Part shown: positions 1 through 8,378 of the stretch, in pieces
How positions within the stretch are numbered: the stretch's first letter is position 1
Layout of the letters: every line of letters begins with the position of its first letter
From: a virus
Taxonomy: Duplodnaviria > Caudoviricetes
DNA: 30,601 nucleotides
Virus record (IMG/VR): IMGVR_UViG_3300037157_000005
Coordinates: 1-30,601 of that record
Direction: 5' to 3' (one strand)
The notes under the pieces: model-generated
The model's database searches: none
Seen by the model: only the letters and a program-made list of their open reading frames with translations
Told to the model about the DNA's origin: nothing
Position numbers and translations under genes: made by a program

Positions 1-2
1 AC

Positions 3-494
3 GCCCTTCTCTACAACACTGCGGGCCAGAACAGCGCGGTGGGGTATGGCGGGCTCGTCAGCAACACCAGCGGTGGATTCAACACCGCGCTGGGATATAA
101 CGCTGGGTACGGCCCATCGGCGACGAATGCCAACACTACCGGCTCTTACAATAGTTTTCTGGGTTGGGAAGCCGCGCCTGGCTCGACAGTCCAGCAGACT
201 TACATGACCGTGATCGGCGCGGGCGCCACAGGCACATGCTCCTCGTGTGTGGTGCTGGGCAGGCCAGCGGACATGGTTGTTGTTCCGAATGGCTATAAGA
301 TCACGCCGCTTTACTCGGTAGCCGGGACCGCCCTGCCGGCATGTTCCGCAACCACCCTGCTGGAGCACCTGGGCGTGACCGATGCGACCTCTATTACCCC
401 TGGCACCACTTACGCGGGCAGTTCGACTTACACCGTGACGGTCGAATGCGTGTCAAATTCCACCGGTCCCACCTATACGTGGATCATAGACTGA
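3..494 (+). CDS. Tail-fibre/adhesin-like repeat protein, C-terminal part (5'-truncated)
   Basis: Frame open from position 3 (ALLYNTAGQNSAVGY...); repeated N(T/S)AxGxxA units (NSAVGY, NTALGYNA, NSFLGWEA) typical of trimeric beta-roll fibres; TGA overlaps next ATG. Confidence 0.65.
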   Translation, partial: ALLYNTAGQNSAVGYGGLVSNTSGGFNTALGYNAGYGPSATNANTTGSYNSFLGWEAAPGSTVQQTYMTVIGAGATGTCSSCVVLGRPADMVVVPNGYKITPLYSVAGTALPACSATTLLEHLGVTDATSITPGTTYAGSSTYTVTVECVSNSTGPTYTWIID

Positions 495-826
495 TGCGGC
501 TTTTGTCGGTCTTCCTGGTGGCATGTGCGCTCCATGCAAGTCCCTGGTCGAAGCTCTATAAGATCTCAGTCGCCGTCGTGGCCGCCGCATCGGTAGCCGA
601 CGCCGCGACGTCGATGGGCAAAGGCGAGCTAAACCCCGCGCTGCGCTCTCCGGATCAACGCTTCGGCGCGCGAGGCATCGAGATCAAATCCGGCATTGTA
701 GCCGGAACACTTTTAACCGGCTGGCTGGCGACGCGGAAACACTCGCGAGCCCCGGCCGTCGTCGCCAATTTCGCCACGGCGGCGGTGTATGGCGCTACGG
801 CGCTGCACAACACCAAGGTCAAATAA
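494..826 (+). CDS. Small membrane/secreted protein (110 aa), DUF5658-like
   Basis: ATG at 494 coupled via TGATG; signal-like N-terminus, hydrophobic helices, D-xx-TS...G-E-LNP motif; start revised from 341. Confidence 0.7.
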   Translation: MRLLSVFLVACALHASPWSKLYKISVAVVAAASVADAATSMGKGELNPALRSPDQRFGARGIEIKSGIVAGTLLTGWLATRKHSRAPAVVANFATAAVYGATALHNTKVK

Positions 827-828
827 CC

Positions 829-904
829 GTGGATGGTGGCTGGTGGCTGGTGGCTGGTGGCTGGAAACACAACCACTAGCCACTAGCCACCGACCACCAG
901 CCAC
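829..904. repeat. Inverted heptamer tandem array: 5x GTGGCTG-like facing 5x CAGCCAC-like
   Basis: 829-863 GTGGATG,(GTGGCTG)x4; loop GAAACA; 870-904 CAACCAC,TAGCCAC,TAGCCAC,CGACCAC,CAGCCAC; followed by AAGTTTT. Confidence 0.95.
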
Positions 905-948
905 AAGTTTTCGGCCTGCTTGGCTCACACGGAGCTGGCTGGGCCACC

Positions 949-972
949 CGCGCACTGTCGAAAGATAGCGCG
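949..972 (+). promoter_or_regulatory. GNRA hairpin upstream of scaffold start
   Basis: CGCGC-A-CTGTC-GAAA-GATAG-CGCG ending 6 nt before ATG 979, which lacks an obvious SD; similar element at 3361-3386. Confidence 0.55.
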
Positions 973-978
973 CCCCCC

Positions 979-1938
979 ATGACAGACAACGACACTCTTG
1001 TAATCCCTGCGCCCGGTGAGGCGAGCAACGAGCAGGCCGTCGAGCCTACTCTGATCGAAAGCGATTTTCGCGCGTACCGGAAATTCCGGGAAACGGGCGA
1101 AGAGCCTGCCCCGCAGGAAGAAGATGCTACGACCGCTGTTGGCGATGACACGCCGGCGGAAACCGCTGCCGAGGATACGGACCTGGCAGACACTCCGGAG
1201 GACGGGGACGAAGACGAACCCGAACCCAACCAGCCCAAGAAAAAGGGCGGCTATCAACGCAAGATCGACAAGCTGGCGCGTGAGAAAGAAGAACTCGCCG
1301 CGCGACTTACGGCTCTCGAATCCAAGCTGGCAGGCGATGCGCCCGCTGGCGAGGTTCTCCCCACAAAGGAAGCCGCCGCGGCCGACGACAGGCCCGTACC
1401 GGAAAACTTCGATACGTACGAAGAGTATGTTGACAAGTTGACCGATTGGAAGCTCGATCAACGCGCCAAGACCGCCGAGAAGACCAAAGCCGAAGACGCC
1501 GGACGCGAACGCGCCGCCGAGATCGGCAAGCAGTGGCAGGAACGGCAGGCCGAGGCCCGTAAGGACCCGTCCATGCCCGATTTCGATAAAGTGACGCAAG
1601 CCGACATTCCGGTATCCGACGCCATGGGCGCCGTGCTGCTGGAGTCTCCGGACGGAGCGAAGCTGGCCTATTGGCTGGGCAAGAATCCGTCTGAAGCCGA
1701 ACGGATCTCGAAATTGCATCCCCTGGCCGCCGCCGCTGAATTGGGCGGAATCATCAAGGATCTGAAAGCCTCCTCCAAACCGCAACCCCCGGCCGCTTCA
1801 CGCGCGCCCAAGCCAATCACGCCCGTCAATCGCGGCGGCACCACGGCTACCCATGCCGGCGGTGTCTACGACGAAAAGACGGCCAACGATTTCACCGCTT
1901 GGAACAAAGCGCGCAACGCGCAACTGGGCAAGAAGTAA
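979..1938 (+). CDS. Capsid scaffolding protein
   Basis: Directly upstream of coat gene; acidic disordered N-terminus, QRKIDKL coiled coil, P-ENFDTYEEYVDKLTDWK, G-KLAYWLGKNP, S-AP-PI-PV and basic C-terminal helix. Confidence 0.88.
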   Translation: MTDNDTLVIPAPGEASNEQAVEPTLIESDFRAYRKFRETGEEPAPQEEDATTAVGDDTPAETAAEDTDLADTPEDGDEDEPEPNQPKKKGGYQRKIDKLAREKEELAARLTALESKLAGDAPAGEVLPTKEAAAADDRPVPENFDTYEEYVDKLTDWKLDQRAKTAEKTKAEDAGRERAAEIGKQWQERQAEARKDPSMPDFDKVTQADIPVSDAMGAVLLESPDGAKLAYWLGKNPSEAERISKLHPLAAAAELGGIIKDLKASSKPQPPAASRAPKPITPVNRGGTTATHAGGVYDEKTANDFTAWNKARNAQLGKK

Positions 1939-1943
1939 GTCAC

Positions 1944-1964
1944 CAGCCACTGACTAAGTGGCTG
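1944..1964. repeat. Short inverted repeat built from the CAGCCAC heptamer
   Basis: CAGCCACT-GACTA-AGTGGCTG, perfect 8-bp stem after scaffold stop. Confidence 0.7.
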
Positions 1965-1986
1965 TAACTCGCTTCACAACCAACTA

Positions 1987-2006
1987 CCGGCGTGATGCCG
2001 GAAGGA
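1987..2006 (+). promoter_or_regulatory. Hairpin abutting the coat-gene ribosome binding site
   Basis: CCGGC-GTGAT-GCCGG (1987-2001) followed at once by AAGGA, 7 nt before ATG 2014. Confidence 0.55.
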
Positions 2007-2013
2007 ACACCCC

Positions 2014-3246
2014 ATGAGCAACGCTCTACTTACCCCGCAGATCATCGTCAACGAGCTACTGCGGCGCTTTCAGAACAACCTCGCTTTCGCCGGCGGAATC
2101 CGCCACGAATACGATGGCGAGTTCGGTCAAAAAGGCAGCAAGGTCGGGGACACGATCAATTTGCGCATCCCCGTGCGTTTCGGCGCTGCGGACGGCGCAA
2201 CCCTCGTTGTGCAGGATGTGACCGAGTTGAAGGTCCCGTTGACCCTCAACAAGCAGAAGCACGTCGGCTTCTCTTTCACCTCCAAGGATCTGACTCTCAC
2301 CGTGGATCGCTTCGGCGAGCGGTACTTGGATTCGGCGGCCGTCGCGCTGGCGAACCAGGTGGATCTCGACGGGCTCACCCTCGCATCGACCGCCGCATTC
2401 AACGCGGTAGGCACTCCCGGCACCATCCCGACCGCGCTGAAGACCTATAACTACGGCTCCGCGCTGCTCGATAAGTCCGGTTGCCCGTTCGACGAAAAGC
2501 GTTCGACGGTGATCACGCCGGATATGAACGTCGAGATCGTCGACGCGCTCAAAGGCCTGCTGGTTCCCGCCAAGCAGATCGGACCCCAATACGAGAAGGG
2601 CCGCATGGGTCATGCGGTGGGCCTCGACTGGAAGACCGATCAGAACTGCGTCACCCACACCTACGGGCCGCAGGGCGGCGCGCCACTGGTCAACACCGCC
2701 GGCCAGACCGGTTCCACGCTGCTCACCAAGGGCTGGACCGCCGCCGCCGCGCCGCGCCTCTCCGTTAGCGATCGTTTCACCATCGCTGGCGTCTATATGG
2801 TCAACCCGGTTTCCGGCGCCGTGTCCACCACGCTGCAAACCTTCGTCGTGACGGCCCCGTTCTCCTCGGCCGCCGATGGCACCGGCACCATTCAGATTTC
2901 GCCGGCAATCTCTTTGCCCGGCACCGGCACCAACGGGATCAACCCGTATGCCACCGTGTCGGCCTCGCCCGCTGACGGCGCCGCGATCACCGTGAACGGC
3001 GCAGCCAACGTGCTGAGCCCCACCGGCCTGATCTATCACCGCGATTCCATGGCCTTCGCCATGGCCGAATTGGAGCTGCCGCAGGGCGTCCACTTCCGCG
3101 CTCGCCAAACCGATCCGGACACCGGCATGAGTCTGCGGATCGTGTCGATGTACGATATCATGAACGATCTTTTTGCGACCCGCGTGGATTGCATATACGG
3201 TTTTGCCGTTGCTCTCCCCCAATGGTTGGTTGCAGTTCAGAGCTAA
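2014..3246 (+). CDS. Major capsid protein, P22 coat (gp5) family
   Basis: MSNALLT...N-L-F...R-YD-EF...K-GDTI-LR-P N-terminus, I-domain with D-FTIAGV--VNP, C-terminal R-D--YG; 410 aa; SD present. Confidence 0.93.
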   Translation: MSNALLTPQIIVNELLRRFQNNLAFAGGIRHEYDGEFGQKGSKVGDTINLRIPVRFGAADGATLVVQDVTELKVPLTLNKQKHVGFSFTSKDLTLTVDRFGERYLDSAAVALANQVDLDGLTLASTAAFNAVGTPGTIPTALKTYNYGSALLDKSGCPFDEKRSTVITPDMNVEIVDALKGLLVPAKQIGPQYEKGRMGHAVGLDWKTDQNCVTHTYGPQGGAPLVNTAGQTGSTLLTKGWTAAAAPRLSVSDRFTIAGVYMVNPVSGAVSTTLQTFVVTAPFSSAADGTGTIQISPAISLPGTGTNGINPYATVSASPADGAAITVNGAANVLSPTGLIYHRDSMAFAMAELELPQGVHFRARQTDPDTGMSLRIVSMYDIMNDLFATRVDCIYGFAVALPQWLVAVQS

Positions 3247-3452
3247 CCACTCACTCACCAAGTAAGTAAGTTGCTGGCGGCGAGTGACTCAGCGAGTCAC
3301 AAGCCGCCAGTGACCATTCACCTTGCAAGTACCTAACACAAGTTTCGGCAACGACCAAACCGCGTACCGTCGAGAGACAGAATGCGTGCGGCGCTGCCGC
3401 TCGGGGGTGAGGCCGCGGCCCCGCCCCCAACTTCCATTTCAGGAGCCCTCCA
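3247..3452 (+). other. Highly structured 206-bp intergenic region after coat gene (terminator/attenuator or cis-regulatory RNA)
   Basis: Stems at 3274-3310 (8+7 bp), 3361-3386 (GAGA loop), 3388-3400 and 3403-3428; SD AGGAG at 3441-3445. Confidence 0.55.
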
Positions 3453-3704
3453 TTGTCACTGCAAAAGTTCTACCCCAAGATGCTGTACTCTGCCACCGAA
3501 CCCGCCATCGTCGTCCAGAACCCCGCCGAACACGATGAACGCCGCAAAGAAGGCTGGTCCGAGACGCCCGTCGCGACCGTCGATCCGCTGGCGGAACTGC
3601 GCGCCGAGAACGCCAAGCTCAAAGCGGAAAACGAGACGCTGCGCAACGCGATGGCGCTGCTGCCGGCCGTTCCCGAAGCGCCCGCGAAGAAGGCCGGTAA
3701 GTAA
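3453..3704 (+). CDS. Small capsid-associated hypothetical protein (83 aa)
   Basis: AGGAG SD 7 nt before TTG; YPKMLY...IVV----E------GW motif, short coiled coil, basic tail; typical post-coat position. Confidence 0.8.
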   Translation: MSLQKFYPKMLYSATEPAIVVQNPAEHDERRKEGWSETPVATVDPLAELRAENAKLKAENETLRNAMALLPAVPEAPAKKAGK

Positions 3705-4421
3705 GTGCAGGTTACATCGACCGCCCTCACTACCAGCGCGATGGTGCTGCTGAATGAAGTGTCTCCCGCCGAGACGCTTTCGGACGACGAGTTAGCGGAC
3801 GGATTGCAGCATACCAACGAGATCCTGGAAACGCTGGCCGTCGAACAATCGACCATCCCGTACCTCACCCACGAGACGTTTCCCATGATCGGCGCCGCGA
3901 GCTACACCATTGGCGGCGCGCTGAATACCGTGGGCGGCACGCTGGCCTCGACGCGCCCGCTGCGTATCCTGGCGGCTTCGACGGTGGACATTGCCGGCGC
4001 GAGTCATCCCGTGCGCCTCGTGACGGCCGCGGAGTGGGAAGCGCTGCCGGATCGCACGCGCACCGGCCTGTTCGCCGAAGTGCTTTTCTCCGATGGCGGA
4101 TTCCCCATGAATACGTGGTATCTGTCGCCGAAGCCGGCCGCCGGTTCGCTGGTCACCGACTCGCTGAAGCTGCTCACCGCGTTTCCCGATCTCATCACCG
4201 CCATCGAGCTGGCCCCCGGCTATCTCAATTACCTGCGGCATTTGCTGGCCGCCATCCTGGCCCCCGAGTACGGACGCGACCCGTCCATCGTGGCGGGAGG
4301 TCTGGCGCTGGCGAAAGCGGCCGTCATCACGCTCAACGCGCAAACCCTCGGCCCGGTATCGCCGGAATCCATGCAGGCTACCGGCGCGGGGCAACCGCAG
4401 CAGCAGCAGCAGGCGGCCTAA
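3705..4421 (+). CDS. Head-to-tail adaptor, P22 gp4-like (copy 1)
   Basis: E-L---E--DGL---N-IL, SYTIG, RP-RI, I-L-PGY---L---LA--LAPEYG pattern; GTG directly after upstream TAA. Confidence 0.8.
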   Translation: MQVTSTALTTSAMVLLNEVSPAETLSDDELADGLQHTNEILETLAVEQSTIPYLTHETFPMIGAASYTIGGALNTVGGTLASTRPLRILAASTVDIAGASHPVRLVTAAEWEALPDRTRTGLFAEVLFSDGGFPMNTWYLSPKPAAGSLVTDSLKLLTAFPDLITAIELAPGYLNYLRHLLAAILAPEYGRDPSIVAGGLALAKAAVITLNAQTLGPVSPESMQATGAGQPQQQQQAA

Positions 4422-5168
4422 ATGTCGAGCCTCATCGTCACCGGAACCACCTTCATGCGCGGCGCGCTGCGCTGCATCGGACAGTTGCGTCCCGGGCGCG
4501 GTCCCGGTCCCTCCGAACTGATCGACGCCACGTATGTGTTCAACCGCATGCTGGACTACCTCGGCATCGATCGCGGGAACATCTTCACCATCGCGATCAA
4601 TCAGTATCCCCTGACGGCGGGCAAGCAGAGTTACCAGATGGGTCCGTCCGTCGTCGCTCCCGACTGGCCGGCGCTTCGGCCGGTCAAGATCGATATCGCG
4701 AACCTCATCATCACCAGCAATGTCGCCTCACCGCTCACGCAGCCGCTGGCGATCTGGGATGACGTGGCGTGGGCGTCCATCGCGCTCAAGGCGACGCCCT
4801 CGACGCTGCCGCAAGGCATCTTCAACGACGGCGGCAACCCGGTTTCGACCATCTGGACGTGGCCGGCGGAATCCATCGGCGGCAACCTGGTCGAGCTTTA
4901 TACGTGGCAGACCTTCCAGCAGATCCTCGATATCACCCAGCAGCTCGTCTTTCCCGATGGTTACTGTGAGGCACTCACTTACAACCTCGCCGTGCGCTTG
5001 TCTATCGAATGGGGCAGGCCGCTCAATCCCGGCGTGGCGGAACTGGCAAAAGAGACGCTGGCCGCCATCCAACGGATCAACGCGCCGCATCCGGTCCTGC
5101 ACTGTGAGCCGATCATGCACGGCGGCGGTAAAAACTACTTCAACATCCTGACGGGGCAACCCACTTGA
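4422..5168 (+). CDS. Head-to-tail adaptor, P22 gp4-like (copy 2)
   Basis: ALR-IG-L-PG...E--DA----N-MLD, L-AGK-SY-MGP, RP-KI, P-GY-EAL-YNLAV-L--E-G; collinear with copy 1. Confidence 0.85.
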   Translation: MSSLIVTGTTFMRGALRCIGQLRPGRGPGPSELIDATYVFNRMLDYLGIDRGNIFTIAINQYPLTAGKQSYQMGPSVVAPDWPALRPVKIDIANLIITSNVASPLTQPLAIWDDVAWASIALKATPSTLPQGIFNDGGNPVSTIWTWPAESIGGNLVELYTWQTFQQILDITQQLVFPDGYCEALTYNLAVRLSIEWGRPLNPGVAELAKETLAAIQRINAPHPVLHCEPIMHGGGKNYFNILTGQPT

Positions 5169-6898
5169 AATTCGAGGCATTCACAGAGGGCTTTTATAGC
5201 TTCCCTTCGGTGGACGTGGCGAGTCAGTTGTGCATCAACTATTACCCCGATCTGCTCGAAGGCCAAGCCCCCTCCGTCACCAATCGCGCGGGCAGCGAAA
5301 AGGCGTGGAAAGTCCTCACGCCAACGCCTGGGCTGCAATTATTCTGCACCCTCCCCACGCTTCCGGTACGCGGGCTATGGGCAGGCGAGCAACGCCTGTT
5401 CGCGGCGGGCGGCGCCATCCTCTACGAAGTGATCGGCGGCGGCCTGGGCGGCGGCGCGGTCACTTTCGTCAACCACGGCAACATCGGCAACGACGGCAAT
5501 CCCGTCCAATTCTTTCCCAACGGATCGCAGTTATTCATCGCGTCGGCGGGACAAGCGTATATCGACACCGGCTTGGGCGCGGTCAAGTGCCAATTCTCCT
5601 CGCAATTGACCGACCTCGTAATCGACGCCACCACCGGACGGCTCACCACCGTGACCGGAGGCGAGTTCGATGCTACCGATATCGGATGCCCGGTCACCGT
5701 CACCGGCGGCGCGGGCTTCAACGTCGGCAGCATCACCATCACCGCGGTGGATGCCAACGGCATGGCTACCGGATCGTCGAGCTGGGGCACGGCGGGCTCG
5801 ACCGGCGGCACCGCCATCGAATGGCTGGGGACTGTCGTCGGCGGCGCATTTGTGCCTTCCTACGTCACCGCTTCCTGCGGCGCATATCTTGACGGCACGT
5901 TTTTTGCGGCCACGCCCTCGAACAAGACGGTCTATTTCAGCGGCGTCAACGACGGAGTGGACGGCTGGGATCCGCTCAACGTATTGAGCAAGATTTCCTA
6001 TCCCGACAACGTGGCGATGATGCTCTGCGACCACCAGGAAATCTACTTGTTCGGCGACGAGGAATCGACCGAAGTATGGCGCGACGTGGGCAACGCCGAT
6101 AACCCCTTTCAGAAAGATCCCGGCTGTTTCATGCACTACGGCTGCTGCTCTCCCTGGGCGACGGTGCGGGTGGGCGGCGGCGTGGCGTGGATCGGCGGCG
6201 ACGTGCGGCGCGGCGAGCGCGTGGCCTTCGTGGCCGTGGGCTACACTCCGCAGCGGGTTTCGACGGCCGCAGTGGAGAAGGCCTGGGCTTCCTACGCGAC
6301 CGTGGGCGATGCGGTGGCCTACAGCATCATCCATGACGGCCAGGAGTTCTGGGTCATTTCTTTTCCGACCGCCAATATCACCTGGGCTTATTCTCTGACC
6401 CTCGGCGAGTGGCACCAGCGCGGCTGGTGGAACGGCGCGGGCTGGGACCGCCAGCGCGGCGCTTTCCATTGCTGCGTGGCGCTCGCGACCGGCGCGACCC
6501 CATCGAACGAGCAGCATTACGTGGGCGATTGGCAGAATGGCAACATCTACACCATGTCGGCGGCCTATGCCACCGATAACGGTGTCGCGATCCACCGCCG
6601 CAGGCGTGCTCCACACCTCTCCAACGAGAACAAGCGCCGCTTTTATTCGCGCGCCGAAGTGGACGCCGACGTGGGCAGCGCGGATATCGACGAAGCTCCC
6701 CAGCGCATCGCGTGGCGGCGCTTCGGCGAGGGCCGCGATCGGGTGTGGCAGCTCGATGACGATGGGGCGGGAAACCTCACTATCGGATGGAGCGACGATC
6801 GCTGTAAAAACTTCGCGACCAAGACGGCCATCAACGTCTCCGACACTTCGCCGTCAGTGGTTGCGCTCTATTTGAGATTCGTCGAAGGGACAGCGTAA
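5165..6898 (+). CDS. Tail hub / packaged-DNA stabilization protein, P22 gp10-like
   Basis: C-N-YP, L--TPGL, P-RG-W, LFG--STEVW---G---PF, RVST-AVE, F-VISFPTA--TW-Y---WH-R motifs; follows gp4 genes. Confidence 0.88.
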   Translation: MKFEAFTEGFYSFPSVDVASQLCINYYPDLLEGQAPSVTNRAGSEKAWKVLTPTPGLQLFCTLPTLPVRGLWAGEQRLFAAGGAILYEVIGGGLGGGAVTFVNHGNIGNDGNPVQFFPNGSQLFIASAGQAYIDTGLGAVKCQFSSQLTDLVIDATTGRLTTVTGGEFDATDIGCPVTVTGGAGFNVGSITITAVDANGMATGSSSWGTAGSTGGTAIEWLGTVVGGAFVPSYVTASCGAYLDGTFFAATPSNKTVYFSGVNDGVDGWDPLNVLSKISYPDNVAMMLCDHQEIYLFGDEESTEVWRDVGNADNPFQKDPGCFMHYGCCSPWATVRVGGGVAWIGGDVRRGERVAFVAVGYTPQRVSTAAVEKAWASYATVGDAVAYSIIHDGQEFWVISFPTANITWAYSLTLGEWHQRGWWNGAGWDRQRGAFHCCVALATGATPSNEQHYVGDWQNGNIYTMSAAYATDNGVAIHRRRRAPHLSNENKRRFYSRAEVDADVGSADIDEAPQRIAWRRFGEGRDRVWQLDDDGAGNLTIGWSDDRCKNFATKTAINVSDTSPSVVALYLRFVEGTA

Positions 6899-6899
6899 C

Positions 6900-7379
6900 G
6901 TGGCGAGCACTCCCACGCCCGCGCCCTCGATCCCAGTGGTTCCAATTCGAACCGCGATGTTTCAGGGGCAGCCGCTTCAGCCGCTCTCCGCGGTGTGGGT
7001 GGCTTTCTACGAGGACTTGATCCCTTCGGCGGCCACTTCGCAAGCCTACGGCCGCACGCTCGATCTCAACAATTGCACGGTGGGTAACAATATCGCGCCG
7101 TGCCTCACCGCGCAGGCCTCCGGTACGGCCTTCGAAGTATCTGGCGTGCTGCGTAAAGCCATCACGGCGAATCTGGTGGTGCGAATCAACGTCAATCAGA
7201 ATCCCTTCATTACCTGCACCGTCAACGCGGTGGCGAAGCCTTTCACCGCCCTGACGTGGACGTCGTTCTCGACGGACGGCACGCTGGCGAAGGGCGACAT
7301 TTTCAGCTTCGACGTGCTGGCCTCGGACGGCTCGATCGATCCCAATGGCATCGCGAGTTTCACGGTCCAATGGCGCTGA
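6900..7379 (+). CDS. Hypothetical tail-associated protein (gp26 position)
   Basis: GTG 1 nt after gp10 stop; N-terminal PIRT...L---WV-F--L as in genes following gp10; beta-rich C-terminus. Confidence 0.75.
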   Translation: MASTPTPAPSIPVVPIRTAMFQGQPLQPLSAVWVAFYEDLIPSAATSQAYGRTLDLNNCTVGNNIAPCLTAQASGTAFEVSGVLRKAITANLVVRINVNQNPFITCTVNAVAKPFTALTWTSFSTDGTLAKGDIFSFDVLASDGSIDPNGIASFTVQWR

Positions 7380-8365
7380 TTACTCCACTGGCTTTGTCGC
7401 CGGATAACCCGCTGCCGGCGTGGGCGCTCAGTGGCGGCCCGCTGGTGTTTCAGCAGCTCGACGGATCGAGCGGCGCGGTACTGAGTGCGGCCCTGATCGC
7501 GGCGCTCCTGGCGGCCGGCTGGGTCGAGACGGCCACGCTATCGACCGGCGCAACCTTGCAGGCTACCAGCCCGCAGAGCCTCACCGTTCTACTCGACGTG
7601 ACCTGGCTCACTTATGCGGGCACCGATTACGTGGGCGTGCAGCTCCACGGGACGGCGACCGGCTACCAGCATTACGTGGGATGCGCGGCGGCCCGCACGT
7701 TCCAGATTGTCGCTGGGCCGTGCCAAGGATTTCTCAGCCAGCCTGGCGTGGCGGGCCCGGCGAGCTATGGCAGCAATATCGCCTTCGGCATTCCGTATCT
7801 CGCACCCACCGATCCGGTTTATCCGGATGGCGCGCTGCCCGATGAATGCTGGTGGAGCAACGGAGACAAATGGCCTTCGGGGACGTCCAACTCGTTCCGC
7901 AACAACCTGGGCTACGTGGACGACAATCAGCCGGCCTGGTGCGCATACTTCCACCGGCCCGGCGAATCGACCACGCACTCGCTCGCGCTGCAGCACGGCG
8001 CGGTGGCGCTGATGTGCGTCGAGATGAGCTTCGGCGCGGGCGTTCCCACGCAGATGATCTATCCGCAACTTGAACCCTTCGCCCTGGAACCATTATTGGC
8101 GTGGGGCGATTGGTGCGCGGCCGGCTACGTATATCCGGCCGGCTTCGTTGGATTTCCGCCCAAGGTGCGCGGCCAACTTTACGATGCCATGATCCTCAGC
8201 GGCCCGCAGATCGGCAATGCCACGCCGGGCGGATCGGAACAACTGGTGCAACTCTACGGCGACAAAAGCATGTGGCTGAATTTCAGTTTTGGCTTGCCTC
8301 TGGCGAATCTCATGTTGCTCCTTCCCGGCGGCGAAAGCTCGGCAGTAGGGAACGTGGCTTACTAG
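7370..8365 (+). CDS. Putative virion structural protein, paralog A (331 aa)
   Basis: ATG 7370 overlaps upstream gene end (start revised from 7256); shares L-AAGW, GQLYDA and terminal VGN motifs with 9639-10985. Confidence 0.75.
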   Translation: MALITPLALSPDNPLPAWALSGGPLVFQQLDGSSGAVLSAALIAALLAAGWVETATLSTGATLQATSPQSLTVLLDVTWLTYAGTDYVGVQLHGTATGYQHYVGCAAARTFQIVAGPCQGFLSQPGVAGPASYGSNIAFGIPYLAPTDPVYPDGALPDECWWSNGDKWPSGTSNSFRNNLGYVDDNQPAWCAYFHRPGESTTHSLALQHGAVALMCVEMSFGAGVPTQMIYPQLEPFALEPLLAWGDWCAAGYVYPAGFVGFPPKVRGQLYDAMILSGPQIGNATPGGSEQLVQLYGDKSMWLNFSFGLPLANLMLLLPGGESSAVGNVAY

Positions 8366-8378
8366 CTCAAAAATCAGA

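Noticed and set aside
829-904. Possible CRISPR array or DGR repeat
   Set aside because: 7-bp tandem units without spacers; no cas genes, reverse transcriptase or TR/VR pair in the window
3401-3436. tRNA/tmRNA-like 3' end (…CCCGCCCCCAACTTCCA)
   Set aside because: No T-loop GTTCRA or cloverleaf
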